This document shows positions 7,237 through 15,322 of a DNA stretch of 32,000 nucleotides, in pieces. The stretch's first letter is position 1; each line of letters starts with the position of its first letter. Position numbers and translations under genes: made by a program. Below the pieces are notes generated by a model. That model had not been told where the DNA came from. It worked only from the letters and a program-made list of their open reading frames with translations, and did not search any database. Origin of the DNA: Candidatus Velamenicoccus archaeovorus (GTDB lineage: Bacteria; Omnitrophota; Gorgyraeia; Velamenicoccales; Velamenicoccaceae); contig NZ_CP019384.1 in the NCBI RefSeq assembly GCF_004102945.1, positions 510,001-542,000 on the forward strand, in the 5' to 3' direction.

Positions 7237-7265
7237 AATTCCGCCAGAGGCGGAATTAAGGAGGG
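7235..7265 (+). promoter_or_regulatory. SD-abutting hairpin plus ribosome-binding site of the first hydrogenase-operon gene
   Basis: ttaattccgcc-aga-ggcggaattaa is a perfect 11-bp stem (7235-7259). SD ggagg (7260-7264) is directly 3' of it, and GTG is at 7272. Confidence 0.6.
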
Positions 7266-7271
7266 TTTAGC

Positions 7272-7631
7272 GTGACAACGCCACTGGATATGATCAAAAA
7301 GAAAAGGGCCGAGGCGATCAACCGCATCCTCGGCAAGGGATATTTGTCGACGAAACGCGTCTATGTCGGCATGGCGACATGCGAGATCGCGGCGGGATCC
7401 AAAGATGTAATGGCGGTCTTTGAGAATGCCATCAAGAATGAAGGATTGACCGACGTGTATCTGAGTCAGAAGGGCTGCGCCGGTCGTTGTAACCTGGAGC
7501 CGACCGTCGAAGTTGTGGAGGAAGGTAAGATCCCTGTCAAATACGGCAAGGTAACCAGAGAAATGGCGCGCCAGATCATCGACCAGCATTTGAAAAAAGG
7601 CGAAGTGATCAAGGAGTGGATTATTCATTGA
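7272..7631 (+). CDS. Thioredoxin-like [2Fe-2S] ferredoxin-domain protein (HndB-like small hydrogenase subunit)
   Basis: 119 aa. VYVGMATCEIAAGS...KGCAGRCNLEPTVEV resembles the small Trx-like Fd subunit found in NAD(P)-linked [FeFe]-hydrogenase operons. Only 3 Cys (C37, C69, C73). Confidence 0.7.
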   Translation: MTTPLDMIKKKRAEAINRILGKGYLSTKRVYVGMATCEIAAGSKDVMAVFENAIKNEGLTDVYLSQKGCAGRCNLEPTVEVVEEGKIPVKYGKVTREMARQIIDQHLKKGEVIKEWIIH

Positions 7632-7656
7632 AAAGACACTGGGATACAAGAAAATT

Positions 7657-7785
7657 ACCAATGTCCAATTACCCATGAAATCCCAATTCTCAAATATCCA
7701 ATTTGTTCCTTGGTTATTTGTTTTTTGATTGGTCATTGGTTATTGGAAATTTAACGGGTGATTGGTGACATGGTGACTTGGTGAC
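7657..7785. repeat. AT-rich imperfect palindrome with 4 CCAAT and 4 ATTGG pentamers and 3 TGGTGAC direct repeats
   Basis: CCAAT at 7658, 7665, 7683 and 7698. ATTGG at 7728, 7735, 7742 and 7761. TGGTGAC at 7763, 7771 and 7779. The arms are roughly 70 percent complementary by eye. Confidence 0.5.
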
Positions 7786-7811
7786 AACAATCAGCAGGAA
7801 GGGACGAAGAG

Positions 7812-9602
7812 ATGCCAAGACGATACGTGATTACATTATGCGACGGGCCGACATGCATCCATAAAAGGTCCAAGGAACTGGAAGCGGCGATCGAGACGGA
7901 GCTGACCAGGCACGAGCTTACCGGCAGGGTGAGCGTCAACCTTTCGGGGTGCCTGGGGATGTGTGCCCAGGGGCCTGTCATGGCGATCAATCCTCAGTAT
8001 ACCGTCTACGGTAACGTGACGGCGGACGATATACCGGAGATCGTCTCGAGCCATATCCTGAAGAAAAAACCCGTGGCGCGTCTCGCCATCGACGAGGATC
8101 ATCTCTATAACAGGTTTTTCCGTGTTTTCGGCGACATAAATTTTTTCGGCAAACAGATGCGCATTGTGCTGCGTAATTGCGGCATCATCGACCCGGAGAA
8201 TATAGATGATTATTTATCCGTGCGCGGCTATGAGGCCCTGGCCAAGGTTTTGACCGATATGAAGCCCGCAGATGTTATCGCTCAGGTGAAGACGTCCGGC
8301 CTCAGAGGCCGTGGCGGCGCCGGTTTCCCTACGGGGATCAAATGGGAGTTGGCGGCCAGGCAGAAGACGGATGAAAAATTCCTTATCTGCAATGCCGACG
8401 AAGGGGACCCCGGCGCTTTCATGGACAGGAGCACGATCGAAGGAGACCCGCATACCGTCCTGGAAGGCATGATCATCGGGGCTTATGCCGTCGGTGCCAG
8501 CAAAGGTTTTGTGTATATCCGCGCGGAATACCCCTTGGCGATCAAACGGCTGGAAAAGGCCATCGCCGACGCCCGCAGGGAATGTTTTCTGGGCAAGAAC
8601 ATCCTCGGTTCCGATTTTTCTTTTGATATCGAGATACGCCTTGGCGCCGGAGCCTTTGTCTGCGGGGAGGAGACGGCGCTGATCCATTCGATCGAGGGAC
8701 ACCGCGGCATGCCGAGGCCCCGTCCGCCTTATCCGTCGGTCCAGGGGCTTTTTGACAAGCCGACCTTGATCAACAACGTCGAGACGTGGGCGAACATCCC
8801 CGTCATCATCCTGGACGGCGCGGAATGGTTCAGCTCGATCGGGACAGAGAAGAGCAAGGGGACGAAGGTCTTTGCGCTTGCCGGGAAGATCAAGAACACG
8901 GGTTTGATCGAGGTGCCCATGGGCGTGACACTAAGGTCCATCATTTACGATATCGGCGGAGGTATTCCGAACAACAAGAAATTCAAGGCGCTCCAGACAG
9001 GCGGGCCTTCGGGCGGCTGTCTCTCCGAGGATTACCTGGATACGAAGATTGACTATGAATCGCTCGCTGCGGCCGGTTCCATCATGGGGTCCGGCGGTAT
9101 GATCGTTATGGACGAAGATTCATGCATGGTGAACATCGCGCGGTTTTTTCTGGAATTCACGCAGAACGAATCTTGCGGCAAATGCACGCCGTGCCGCGAG
9201 GGGACCAAGCGTATGCTTGAGATCCTGACCCGCATCACGGAAGGCAAGGGCCAGGAGGGCGATATCGAGAGGCTGGAGCGTCTGGGGAACCTGATCAAGA
9301 AGGCGTCCCTGTGCGGGTTGGGGCAGTCGGCCCCTAATCCGGTCTTGAGCACGATCAAGAATTTCCGCAGCGAATACGAGGAGCATATCAAGCAGAAAAA
9401 ATGCCGCGCCGGTGCGTGCACGGCCTTGACCGGCTATGAGATTACCGATAAATGCGTCGGTTGCACGGCCTGCAGGAAGGTCTGTCCTGTCGGCGCAATC
9501 ACCGGGAACCCCAAGAGCCGGCATTTCATCGATCAAGGCAAATGCGTCAAGTGCGGTTTGTGTTTCGACACATGCAAATTCAGCGCGATCAAGAAAGGGT
9601 AG
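7812..9602 (+). CDS. hydB: NAD(P)H-binding flavoprotein subunit of [FeFe]-hydrogenase (NuoF-like, HydB/HndC)
   Basis: 596 aa. N-terminal Trx-like 2Fe-2S domain (CDGPTC...CLGMC), FMN/NADH module (GRGGAGFPTG), N3 cluster region (ESCGKCTPCREG) and C-terminal 2x[4Fe-4S] (CVGCTACRKVCP, CVKCGLCFDTC). Confidence 0.92.
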   Translation: MPRRYVITLCDGPTCIHKRSKELEAAIETELTRHELTGRVSVNLSGCLGMCAQGPVMAINPQYTVYGNVTADDIPEIVSSHILKKKPVARLAIDEDHLYNRFFRVFGDINFFGKQMRIVLRNCGIIDPENIDDYLSVRGYEALAKVLTDMKPADVIAQVKTSGLRGRGGAGFPTGIKWELAARQKTDEKFLICNADEGDPGAFMDRSTIEGDPHTVLEGMIIGAYAVGASKGFVYIRAEYPLAIKRLEKAIADARRECFLGKNILGSDFSFDIEIRLGAGAFVCGEETALIHSIEGHRGMPRPRPPYPSVQGLFDKPTLINNVETWANIPVIILDGAEWFSSIGTEKSKGTKVFALAGKIKNTGLIEVPMGVTLRSIIYDIGGGIPNNKKFKALQTGGPSGGCLSEDYLDTKIDYESLAAAGSIMGSGGMIVMDEDSCMVNIARFFLEFTQNESCGKCTPCREGTKRMLEILTRITEGKGQEGDIERLERLGNLIKKASLCGLGQSAPNPVLSTIKNFRSEYEEHIKQKKCRAGACTALTGYEITDKCVGCTACRKVCPVGAITGNPKSRHFIDQGKCVKCGLCFDTCKFSAIKKG

Positions 9603-9607
9603 ATGCG

Positions 9608-11386
9608 ATGGAAAGCAAGACCATAACGATCACCATTGACGGTAAGACATACCAAACACAGGAGGGGTTGACCATCATGCAGGCGGCAGACCAGCTGGGT
9701 TTCCATATCCCGCGGCTCTGTTATCATCCGAAGCTCTCGATCGAAGGCGCCTGCCGCGTCTGTATTGTGGAGGTTGAGGGTGTCAGGACATATGTGGCGT
9801 CTTGCGCCTATCCCGTGATGGACGGCATGAAGATCCGCACCAACACCCAGGAGATCCGCCGCGCTCGGCGCGATATCGTCGAACTCATCCTGGACAATCA
9901 TCCCCAGGATTGCCACACCTGTGAACGCGATTCCAACTGCGAGCTCCAGCGGCTGGCCGCCTCCATGGGGATCCGCAAGAGGCATTTCGAAGGCGAGCGC
10001 AAGAAATACGAAAAAGACCTGACATCGACCTCCGTGATCAGAGACCCGAACAAGTGTATCCTCTGCGGCCGTTGCGTGCGTATCTGCTCGGAAGTCCAGA
10101 AGGTGACGGCCCTTGGCCACGCGCACCGGGGTTTCCAGACGGTCGTCATGCCGGCATATAACATGCCGTTCCGCGACAGCGTCTGCACGACCTGCGGCCA
10201 GTGCATCAACGTTTGTCCGACGGCGGCTTTTGTCGAGAAGGTCTACACGCAGGATCTTTTTGCCAAGCTGAACGATCCGAGTATTATCAAGGTGGCGCAG
10301 GTCGCTCCGTCTGTCAGGGCCGCCATCGGCGAGGCCTTCGGGCTGGAGCCGGGGCGCGCCATGGAACGCGAAATTGCCGCAGCTTTAAGAAGATTGGGGT
10401 TCGATTATGTTTTTGATACGCAATTCTCCGCCGACCTGACGATCATGGAAGAGGCGAGCGAATTTTTAGAGAGGTTCCAGGGCAAAGGGAAGCTGCCCAT
10501 GATCACGTCGTGTTCCAGCGCCTGGATGAAGTGCGTGGAGCAGTTCCATCCCGATCTTCTGGAAAACGTCTCGACCTGTAAGTCGCCGATGTCCATGATG
10601 GGCGCGCTCGTGCGCACCTATTTTGCCGACAAGATCAAAAAAGACCCCAAGGAGATTTTGAGTGTTGCGGTCATGTGCTGCACGGCCAAAAAATATGAGG
10701 CCTCGCGGCCGGAGCTGATGGTGAACGGTTTGCCGGCCATTGATATGGTGGTGACGACCCGCGAGATCGCCTGGATGTTTAAATCCGCAGGAATAGATCT
10801 CTTGCATATCAAGGGAGAGGATTTTGACGAGCCTCTCGGTTTGTCGTCGGGCGCCGGCGCCATCTTCGGCGCCACCGGCGGCGTCATGGAGGCGGCCATC
10901 CGCACGGCCTATGAGTTGTATACGGGAGAGACGCTCATGGACATCGAGCTTGAATCCCTCAGGGGGTTGGCCGGCATCAAGGAAGGCAAGGTGACGATTG
11001 ACGGCAAGGAGATCCGTGTCGCTGTGGCCCACGGCCTGGGCAATGCCGCGACCGTCCTGGATATGGTGCGCAAAGACCCTGATCGTTTCCATTTCGTCGA
11101 GATCATGGGATGTCCAGGCGGCTGCATCGGCGGCGGCGGACAGCCCTATGCCGGCATCAATTCGATGCCCCTGGATGAGGAGTGTCTCAAAAAGAGGGCG
11201 GAAGCGCTCTATGGTATCGACCGTCGCAAGACGATCCGCCGCAGCCATGAGAACCCCGATGTGCAGAGGTTGTATAAAGATTTCCTGGGACGGCCCTTGA
11301 GTGCCAAGTCCCATCAGCTTCTGCATACGCATTACAAGGTCAAGGAGCCCAGAGGCATCATCCCGCAGGAATTAAAAGTCAGATAA
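9608..11386 (+). CDS. hydA: [FeFe]-hydrogenase catalytic subunit (M3-type, CpI-like architecture)
   Basis: 592 aa from ATG 9608; the upstream part of ORF 9452 overlaps hydB. N-terminal 2Fe-2S, His-ligated and 2x[4Fe-4S] domains, then the H-domain with FGATGGVMEAA and EIMGCPGGCIGGGGQP. L1 and L2 motifs are atypical (TSCSSAW, MCCTAKKYE). Confidence 0.9.
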   Translation: MESKTITITIDGKTYQTQEGLTIMQAADQLGFHIPRLCYHPKLSIEGACRVCIVEVEGVRTYVASCAYPVMDGMKIRTNTQEIRRARRDIVELILDNHPQDCHTCERDSNCELQRLAASMGIRKRHFEGERKKYEKDLTSTSVIRDPNKCILCGRCVRICSEVQKVTALGHAHRGFQTVVMPAYNMPFRDSVCTTCGQCINVCPTAAFVEKVYTQDLFAKLNDPSIIKVAQVAPSVRAAIGEAFGLEPGRAMEREIAAALRRLGFDYVFDTQFSADLTIMEEASEFLERFQGKGKLPMITSCSSAWMKCVEQFHPDLLENVSTCKSPMSMMGALVRTYFADKIKKDPKEILSVAVMCCTAKKYEASRPELMVNGLPAIDMVVTTREIAWMFKSAGIDLLHIKGEDFDEPLGLSSGAGAIFGATGGVMEAAIRTAYELYTGETLMDIELESLRGLAGIKEGKVTIDGKEIRVAVAHGLGNAATVLDMVRKDPDRFHFVEIMGCPGGCIGGGGQPYAGINSMPLDEECLKKRAEALYGIDRRKTIRRSHENPDVQRLYKDFLGRPLSAKSHQLLHTHYKVKEPRGIIPQELKVR

Positions 11387-11413
11387 GACGGACCATTGAG
11401 GAGAGATAAACCC

Positions 11414-11896
11414 ATGATCGCAGCAGAAGACAAGAAGACGGCATTAAAAGAATTCATGGAGAAGGCCAAGAGCGGCGACCATCCGGAATCGCAGTTGATC
11501 GCTATCCTTCATCGCGCGCAGGAACTCTACGGCCACCTTGACCAGGCGGTGATGGACGATATTGCCTTGACCATGAACATCCCGACGGCCCACATATGGG
11601 GTGTGGCGACCTTCTATCACTATTTCAACCTCAAGCCGAAGGGGAAGCATTCGATCTCCGTTTGCCTGGGGACGGCGTGCTACGTCAAAGGCGCCGCACA
11701 GGTTTTGGAAACAGTCAAAAAGGAGCTCAAGATAGACATCGGCGAGACGACGCAGGACGGGATGTTTACGCTGACCGAAACGCGGTGTCTGGGGACGTGC
11801 GGCCTGGCGCCTGTCATGATGATCGATGACAAGGTCTATGGAGCCCTGACGCCGAAAAAGACCGTTGAAATCATCCAGAGTTTTTATAAGAAATAG
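11414..11896 (+). CDS. hydC: NuoE-like [2Fe-2S] subunit of [FeFe]-hydrogenase (HydC/HndA)
   Basis: 160 aa from ATG 11414 (SD gaggagag). Motifs SVCLGTACYVKG...RCLGTCGLAP are typical of the 24-kDa NuoE family. Confidence 0.88.
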   Translation: MIAAEDKKTALKEFMEKAKSGDHPESQLIAILHRAQELYGHLDQAVMDDIALTMNIPTAHIWGVATFYHYFNLKPKGKHSISVCLGTACYVKGAAQVLETVKKELKIDIGETTQDGMFTLTETRCLGTCGLAPVMMIDDKVYGALTPKKTVEIIQSFYKK

Positions 11897-11950
11897 CAAA
11901 AGATAACAGATTACAGAGTGCGGAGAACAGAGGGTAGGGGACAGAAAAGC

Positions 11951-13336
11951 GTGAAACATATTGATGAACAAAAAATATGGGATGTCTTGGGCGATGCCCA
12001 AAAGGCGTCCGCGGCAGACGTCGAGGCGGTCCTGGCCAAAAGCCGCACCCTCAAAGGGTTGACGTTGAAAGAGACCGCTGTGCTTCTGTCGGTTTCAGAC
12101 CCCGCGATTTTGAAAAAGATCCTTGAAACCGCCGCCTGGGTGAAAAACGAGATTTACGGCAGCCGTATCGTTCTGTTTGCGCCGCTCTACACGAGCAATT
12201 TTTGCATGAACGGCTGCCTTTACTGCGGCTTCAAGGCGGACAACAAGAGCGTTAAAAGGAAAGCCCTGACGCCCGGCGAGGTCTCGCGGGAAGTCTCCTG
12301 GCTCCTCGGCTGCGGCCACAAGCGCATTCTTCTTGTCGCCGGTGAATCCAGGGGCTCCCGTCGTCCCGTCGTGGAGGATTACGTTGAGGCGATCGAGGCG
12401 GTGTATCGTGTCCGTATCGGAGCGCATCAGATCCGCAGGGTCAATATCAACTGCGCCCCCTTGAGCGTCGATGATTTCTGCAAGCTTAAAAGAGCGGGTA
12501 TCGGGACGTATCAACTTTTTCAGGAGACGTATCACGATGCCACGTATCGTCGTCTCCATCCCTATGGCCCCAAGAGCGACCCCGATAACCGTCTGGATGC
12601 GATAGACCGTGCCTTCCGCGCCGGCATCGACGATGTGGGCATCGGCCCGCTTTTCGGTCTCTACGATTATCGTTTTGAGACTCTGGGTCTTCTGGGGCAC
12701 ATCCGTCACCTGGAAGAGGCATTCGGTGTCGGGCCCCATACGATCTCCGTGCCGCGCATCGAGCCGGCGCACGGCATCGATTTCATGTCCCAGACAGCCT
12801 ATAAACTGTCGGATGAGGAATTCAAGAAAACGGTCGCCGTCCTCAGGCTGGCCGTTCCCTATACGGGGATCATCCTGACGACAAGGGAGGTGCCGGCATT
12901 CCGCGACGAGCTTTTCGCCGTCGGTGTCTCGCAGGTCAGCGCCGGCTCCCGGACATCGCCGGGAGGTTATACCCAGGATGACGGCGCAGACGACGGCCAG
13001 TTTTTCCCGAACGATTCAAGGAATCTGGACCAGGTGATCGGGTCTCTGCTTGAGAAAGGATTGTGCCCGAGTTTCTGTGCAGCCTGTTATCGCAAGGAAC
13101 GCACGGGCGCGACATTCATGGGCCTGGCCAAACCCGGGGCGATCAAAGGTAAATGCCAAATGAATGCCTTGATCACGCTTAAGGAATATCTGGATGATTT
13201 TGCTTCTCCGGGCGTCAAGGAGAGAGGATACAGATTGATCGAAGAGGCCAGGACGCTTCTCGATGAAGACACCCGGCGGCAATTGAGCGTTTTTTTCGAC
13301 GACATCCAAAGGGGGATCCGCGACGCGTATGTCTAA
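11951..13336 (+). CDS. hydG: [FeFe]-hydrogenase maturase HydG (radical SAM tyrosine lyase)
   Basis: Radical-SAM CMNGCLYCGF plus the C-terminal CPSFCAAC-X21-C cluster motif typical of HydG. The start is uncertain (GTG 11951 preferred; ORF-track start is 11918). Confidence 0.88.
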   Translation: MKHIDEQKIWDVLGDAQKASAADVEAVLAKSRTLKGLTLKETAVLLSVSDPAILKKILETAAWVKNEIYGSRIVLFAPLYTSNFCMNGCLYCGFKADNKSVKRKALTPGEVSREVSWLLGCGHKRILLVAGESRGSRRPVVEDYVEAIEAVYRVRIGAHQIRRVNINCAPLSVDDFCKLKRAGIGTYQLFQETYHDATYRRLHPYGPKSDPDNRLDAIDRAFRAGIDDVGIGPLFGLYDYRFETLGLLGHIRHLEEAFGVGPHTISVPRIEPAHGIDFMSQTAYKLSDEEFKKTVAVLRLAVPYTGIILTTREVPAFRDELFAVGVSQVSAGSRTSPGGYTQDDGADDGQFFPNDSRNLDQVIGSLLEKGLCPSFCAACYRKERTGATFMGLAKPGAIKGKCQMNALITLKEYLDDFASPGVKERGYRLIEEARTLLDEDTRRQLSVFFDDIQRGIRDAYV

Positions 13337-14375
13337 ATTTGAAAGCCTGCTCGACAGGGTTGCCGGAAGCGATGCGCCGGATATGGCCGATATCCTGGCG
13401 TTGCTGAATGCTTCCGGCGCACAGACGCAGGCGTTGTACAGGCGGGCCGATGATATCCGCCGCGCCCGTATGGGCGACGGGATCTTGTTACGCGCGATCG
13501 TGGAGTTTTCCAGCAGGTGTTCCAGGGATTGCGCTTATTGCGGGTTGCGCAAGGCCCATCGGCAGCTGAAACGCTACCGCATGAACACGGCGGAAATCCT
13601 GGCGTCGGTCCTGGAGGCTGCGTCTTCCGGGATCAAGACGGTGGTTTTGCAGTCGGGAGAGGACGATACGCTCGATCCTTTCTGGCTTGCGGATGTCATC
13701 CGGGCCATCAAGTCCGGCACACAGATGGCCGTGACGCTTTCTGTCGGAGAAAAGCCGCAGGAGGTGTATGCCCTGTGGCGCGGCGCCGGCGCCGACCGCT
13801 ATTTGTTGAAGATCGAGACGACGAATCCGTCGTTGTACCGGCGTCTCCATCCGGATATGGATTTTGACAGGCGGCTTGAGTGTTTGCGCGTCCTGCGGGA
13901 GCTGGGCTACCAGACAGGGTCCGGCAGTATCGTGGGGCTTCCCGGACAGACAGCCGAAGACCTGACGCAGGATATTCTGTTTTTCAAGCGTTGTGATTTC
14001 GACATGATCGGCATCGGTCCATTTATCGCGCATCCAGACACGCCTCTGGGATTGGAGGGCGACGGAGACATCCAGGCCGTGCTCAAGGTGCTTGCGGTCA
14101 CGAGGATCGTGGTCAACAACGCGCACATGCCGGCCACGACGGCGGTGGGAAGCCTCGAGGAAGATCATCGCCTCGCGGCCCTGAAGTCCGGCGCCAACGT
14201 TCTCATGCCGAATTTTACGCCTCAGCCCTACAGGCAGGCCTATGAGATCTATCCGCATAAGCGCTGCCTGACGGAAACCTCGGGGGCGTGTGTTCCCTGC
14301 ATGGAAACAATGGCCTCTGCCATCGGCCGTTGTGTGAATTACAGCCGGGGGGATTCATTAAAAATAAAGGTGTGA
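13329..14375 (+). CDS. hydE: [FeFe]-hydrogenase maturase HydE (radical SAM)
   Basis: 348 aa with CSRDCAYCGL and BioB-like length. Overlaps the hydG stop by 8 nt. Confidence 0.85.
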   Translation: MSKFESLLDRVAGSDAPDMADILALLNASGAQTQALYRRADDIRRARMGDGILLRAIVEFSSRCSRDCAYCGLRKAHRQLKRYRMNTAEILASVLEAASSGIKTVVLQSGEDDTLDPFWLADVIRAIKSGTQMAVTLSVGEKPQEVYALWRGAGADRYLLKIETTNPSLYRRLHPDMDFDRRLECLRVLRELGYQTGSGSIVGLPGQTAEDLTQDILFFKRCDFDMIGIGPFIAHPDTPLGLEGDGDIQAVLKVLAVTRIVVNNAHMPATTAVGSLEEDHRLAALKSGANVLMPNFTPQPYRQAYEIYPHKRCLTETSGACVPCMETMASAIGRCVNYSRGDSLKIKV

Positions 14376-14475
14376 TATAATAGGGACATTGAGCGGGATG
14401 TTCACTCTGCGCGGCCTAAAGCTCCGCCCTTTAGGGCGCAAGAGTGTTGTGGCCGCTTAGAGTAACCAGAAACAA

Positions 14476-14495
14476 GCCTCGGCCCTGGCCGAGGC
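14476..14495 (+). other. GC-rich stem-loop between hydE and the receiver gene
   Basis: gcctcggc-cctg-gccgaggc is a perfect 8-bp stem. No T-run follows, so it is not a classical terminator. Confidence 0.3.
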
Positions 14496-14546
14496 CGAGG
14501 CTGAGGCCGGGGAATATGGGTTGACTATAGGAGAGGAGATGGAGAC

Positions 14547-14933
14547 ATGTCGAATAAAATCCTGATTATCGATGACGATGCGGATTACGTTGACGCCATG
14601 AGTACGCTTTTGACGGCGAAGAACTATGATGTGATTTCGGCGCCGAACGGCGAAGAGGGGTTCAAGAAAGCCAAGAAGGAAGCCCCGAGCCTGATCTTGC
14701 TCGATGTCATGATGACGCATAAGAGCGAAGGTTTTGATATCGCCCGGAACCTGAAGGGCGACGAGGCGACGAAGGACATCCCCGTCATCATGATCACAGG
14801 CATCCGTAAAGAGATGAATCTGCCGTTCGGTTTTGAGCCGGATTCCGACTGGTTGCCCGTCAAGACGGTGCTGGAAAAGCCGATCAAACCGGATACGTTG
14901 CTCAAGGCCGTCGAAGAGAATATAAAAAAGTAG
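14547..14933 (+). CDS. Stand-alone response-regulator receiver protein (CheY-like)
   Basis: 128 aa, ILIIDDD...LILLDVMM...KP with no output domain. Confidence 0.9.
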   Translation: MSNKILIIDDDADYVDAMSTLLTAKNYDVISAPNGEEGFKKAKKEAPSLILLDVMMTHKSEGFDIARNLKGDEATKDIPVIMITGIRKEMNLPFGFEPDSDWLPVKTVLEKPIKPDTLLKAVEENIKK

Positions 14934-15033
14934 GATGTTATGAATCCCGTTAGACCTGCCTGAAGCGTCTCTTCGGGGTTCAGGGTTGTATTGTGTATCG
15001 TGATGTGTCTGTGCGTTTGAGAGGTCTAGCGGG

Positions 15034-15288
15034 ATGAAGAAGTCGATCGTCGTCATCCATATGCACCGGCGGCGTACCGCTGCGGCCAGGGTCCAGAAGG
15101 CCTTGACGGACTACGGCTGTATCATCAAGACCCGCTTGGGCATCCATGACGGTGTGTTGGACAAGTGCTCGGATGAAGGATTGATTCTGCTTGAGGTTGT
15201 CGGGGCTCCGGGCGAAACCCGGGCCCTGGAGAAGGCGCTCAAGGCCTGCCCCGGCGTCAAAACCAAGACCGTCGCCATCCCCCTCTGA
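15034..15288 (+). CDS. Putative iron-only hydrogenase system regulator (TM1266-like ACT-fold protein)
   Basis: 84 aa. The pattern of hydrophobic strands and GV.VKTV near the C-terminus, plus its position between hydE and hydF, matches the small hyd-linked TM1266 family as I recall it. Confidence 0.65.
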   Translation: MKKSIVVIHMHRRRTAAARVQKALTDYGCIIKTRLGIHDGVLDKCSDEGLILLEVVGAPGETRALEKALKACPGVKTKTVAIPL

Positions 15289-15322
15289 TAAGTGCCTGCA
15301 CGGAATTTTCAGCATTGAGACT

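Noticed and set aside
6858-7262. CRISPR array as an explanation for the repeated units (also 25827-26150)
   Set aside because: The units are long imperfect palindromes of unequal length with no constant-length direct repeats or unique spacers, and no cas genes are in the window.
6744-7271. Assignment of the leaders to a known riboswitch, ribozyme or large ncRNA class (hammerhead, twister, c-di-GMP, NAD+, OLE, GOLLD, ROOL and others)
   Set aside because: I could not find the diagnostic conserved cores (for example CUGAUGA...GAAA). Without a cmscan search this remains unassigned rather than excluded.
9452-9607. Upstream extensions of ORF-track ORFs: hydA 9452, hydF 15191, patatin 24262, marR 23065, panD 28533, glnB 87 and tetR 16751
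   Set aside because: The extensions overlap the preceding gene or lack homology. Conserved N-termini and SD sequences support the downstream starts given in the features.
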